A DNA stretch of 64,000 bases, taken from assembly GCA_963707025.1 (NCBI GenBank), contig CAVPOM010000014.1:64001-128000 (forward strand), read 5' to 3'. Positions within the stretch are counted from its first letter, which is position 1. Every line of letters starts with the position of its first letter. Positions 61,101-64,000 of the stretch are shown here, one piece after another. The DNA is from an uncultured Verrucomicrobiae bacterium. GTDB taxonomy: Bacteria > Verrucomicrobiota > Verrucomicrobiia > Limisphaerales > Palsa-1400. Made by a program: the position numbers and the translations under genes. The notes below the pieces were generated by a model. The model had not been told where the DNA came from. It saw nothing but the letters and a program-made list of their open reading frames with translations, and searched no databases.

Positions 61101-64000
61101 CAAGGTGGCCCCCAGCGGAGCAATGATCACCGTCGGTCGCAGAACAATCGTGGTGACCGACAGGTAATTGTGGTTGGTATTCGGACTGCCCGGCTGGCCG
61201 AACACGGTAAAAGTGGAAATCAAAACATTGGAACCGACCCCTGGGGGCACGGTCGGCGCCTGGACGATGTTGGTCAGGGTCAGGCTGGTTCGGCTGGGCA
61301 GGTTGTTTGTAATGGTCCACGTCACCACGCCGTTGTGGTTCACCGCCGTCGCCTGGCTGGTGGAAACGAAGGTCACGCCAACCGGCAGGGTCTGATTCAT
61401 AAACACGTTGGTGGCGGTGGCTGGCCCGCCATTGGTCACCGTCACCACATAGGCGAAGTTGGCGCCTGAAATCGCAGGGCTGGGCGACGCTGCCGCGAAA
61501 ACGCCCAGCTCCGCCGCCGGGACCGCGTTGATCGTGGCGTTGGCCGTATTATTGCCCGGCACGGGATCATAGTCAGATGGGTCAAGCCCCGCCGTGCTGG
61601 TCAGGGTGCTGGGGCCAACCACCGTCGGGCTGAGCACCAACGTCGCGGTCGCGCCCGAACCCAGAGGCAGCACACCAATGGAAGCCAGCGTCCCGCCACC
61701 CGAGACGCTGCCTTGCGACACGGTGGCAGAAATGACATTCACGTTCAGGGGAAGCGTGTTGGTCAGGGTCACGCCCAGAGCCGTCGCCGGCCCGTTGTTG
61801 GTGACGTTGACTAAAAAGGTCGCCAGGCCGTTCACCGGTACGGAACTGGGTGAGACGCTCATAGTCACCACCAAGTCCGCCGCCGGCCTGGAAATCAGGA
61901 CCGAGGCCGAGGCGTTGTTGTTGGCCGGATTGGGATCCGTCTCGGGCGCACCGACAACGGCGGTGGCGGTAAACAGTCCCGGCACGGTGGGCACAGCGGT
62001 GACAGTAATGGTGGCGTTGCTTTGGATCGGCACGGTGCCAAGGGAAAAAGTGATGAGGGATGCCAGTTGGGAAATCGTGCCCTGACTGCTGACCGCGCCC
62101 TGATAGACGATGCTCGAAGGAAGGGTCAGGCTGACCACCGTGTTGGAGGCCGGGCTGGGGCCGGCATTGGAAACGCTCAGCGCATAGCTCAATGGGCCGC
62201 CCACCGGGGTCGTGATGGGATTGGCCGTCATGGTGAGCGAGAGGTCAGCGCCGGGACATTGACCGCCCCCATCCACGCACTGCTCCGGGGTAATAAAGAG
62301 CGACCAGCATTGCAGGGTGGACGCCAGCCCGGTCAGTTCGTTGATCACATTGAGCTGCCAGATGCCGTTGACGTTGGTGCCGGTCATCAGGTTGAAGGCG
62401 GCCAGGGGCGTGACCGGGGTAAAGGTCCCGGCCAGGGGCGCGAGACCTGAATTTATAGACTGCGCCGCCCCGTCGTCAAAGGTGGTGCGGCTGGAATCCG
62501 GCACGCAAGCGGTCCCAAAGTTGGCACCCACTCCTCCGTCGCCGAGGGCCAGAACCACGGTGGTGCCGTTGGGACTTATCAGTTGCAGCTCCATAAATTC
62601 ATCTTCCTGCGCCGTCAGGTAAACCGAAACGGTGACCTTGCCGACCGTATTGATGCCACTGACCACGACGGGCGAGAACACTCCGGTCAAACTGCCCGCA
62701 GGCACGGGCAACACCGTCGTATTGTCAAACCGCGCCGGCGGTCCCAGCCTCCCGGTGGCAAACTGCAACACATTGGTTTGCTCGGTTTGATCGCATTTCA
62801 GGACCAATTGCAAATTGACGGTCGTGCCGCAGATGAAACTGGGTTCGGTGCTGACCGTGAACAGAGTTGGATTGAGGGCTGACTGTCCCACTCCGATATT
62901 GGGATAGGAAACGATGGACTGGCCAATGATCACCCCCGGGGTCAGGCTGCTCAGGATGCCCTGCACCGTGGTCGCCCCGGCGGTTCCTATATTCGTCACC
63001 AGGATGTTCAAATCCTTGCACCCATCCGGGTCAATCATCCCGGTGCCGTTGCCACCGAAGATGGTGTTGGTCAACACCACCAGAATCGGCGCCTTGCCGC
63101 CGGTTGGAACCAGCGCATTGATCAAGGGCTGGCCCGTCGGACTGCCGAATCCGGTGCAAAGATCAAAACCCGGCACGGCGCTGAATTCAGTCGGATTGGC
63201 GGGGCTGAAATTGTTGCCATTGGTAACATCATGGAGGCAGCTACTATAAAGAGGCCCCAGGCAGAGCGCATAGATGGCCGGATTGATGAAACCCAGCGAA
63301 GGACTGCCCGCCTGTGCCGCCCTCTCATTCATCAATGCGGTAAAAGAGGCCCACAATGGCGTGGCACAACTCGTGCCCCCAACGTCATACGGAGTGCCGT
63401 TGTCCGCCACCACATACACATTGTCCGCCGTCAGCGCCACATCCGGATAGTTCCGGAAAAGCGGCGAACCGCCATTGTTTGCCATGCTGACAGGTTGTTG
63501 CCAAATTGGAATTGCGTAAAAGCTGCTGGTGCCACCGCTGCTGCCAGCTCCCCCCCCGCCTGCCACACCGTCTCGGACACAAAACTTCCCAACGGCCCGG
63601 TGGTTGACAACGTCGTCCCGCCGACTGAGGTGAGAAAAGGATTGTCGCATGGATAAAAGTCCAGCGTTGGATCATCCGCCTCCCCCGGGGCCATGGAATC
63701 AAAGTCCGCGGAAGCCTGGAAATACGACTGTCCTTGGGCGCTCATTTCTTTGAAGATGTTATCCGACGTGGGCGACGGGCCGCCGCTCCAACTCCACGAA
63801 GAACTGACTTGCTTGGCGGCATTGTCCGTCGCGATCCTGTTCAAGACATCATTGGGGAAAAAATTGATCGGGTCCCCTTCATAGCTGATGATAAGGAACA
63901 ATCCCGGGGCCATGGCATTGCCCATTTCTATGTCCAAGGACACCTCGACCTCCCCGCCAGTGCCGGTGGGCAAGCCATTGAATCCGTCCAACAACACATT
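58120..64000 (-). CDS. Large secreted S53 (sedolisin) protease with P-proprotein-like and DUF11-like repeats; 5' end outside the window; frameshifts near 63550 and 58985
   Basis: 'EVSLDIE', 'SSSW', 'TSVGGT', 'RNYPDVA', 'GGTSCATP' and 'GFDLCTGFGSP'; repeated 'DL.vt..p.p...g....Y.vtVtN.GP..A' units. The three ORFs join by adding one G in the G8 and G5 runs. Confidence 0.85.

Overview
GC-rich bacterial chromosomal window. Gene content (short hemA, DUF1800/DUF1501 pair, H-X9-DG prepilin-like protein, PQQ-type propeller, large DUF11 protease) suggests Verrucomicrobiota, probably Pedosphaerales-like; this is inference only. Most of the window is housekeeping: ccsA-hemA-hemC-cobA/hemD, pgm/pmm, rpe, ftsH, tilS, comEC, pdxJ-acpS, rpsO-pnp, panE, folE2, a dksA-like gene, rpmG, rpsR, pfk and coaE. 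The left end holds a glycan-modification/pectin-type block (sulfotransferase, YfhO-like membrane protein, CE12-like esterase, GH2-like hydrolase, alpha/beta esterase) and an STN-like/subtilase fusion. The accessory-looking block at about 11.1-17.4 kb carries a secreted GGFH-repeat protein, a PAS kinase, two response regulators, a 455-bp element with perfect 19-bp terminal inverted repeats and six CGTTACA repeats, and a G-quadruplex-like octamer array. A >5.8-kb S53 protease gene runs off the right edge. No rRNA, tRNA or CRISPR array was seen. At least eight isolated single-base frameshifts, plus a dense cluster at 50.7-52.5 kb, most likely reflect sequencing or consensus error rather than pseudogenes. 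The best leads are the TIR-bounded mini-element, a four-gene run of zinc-ligand-poor proteins (folE2-dksA-rpmG-rpsR), and an uncharacterised helical domain shared by two exported low-complexity proteins. I cannot demonstrate a complete novel system from the sequence alone.
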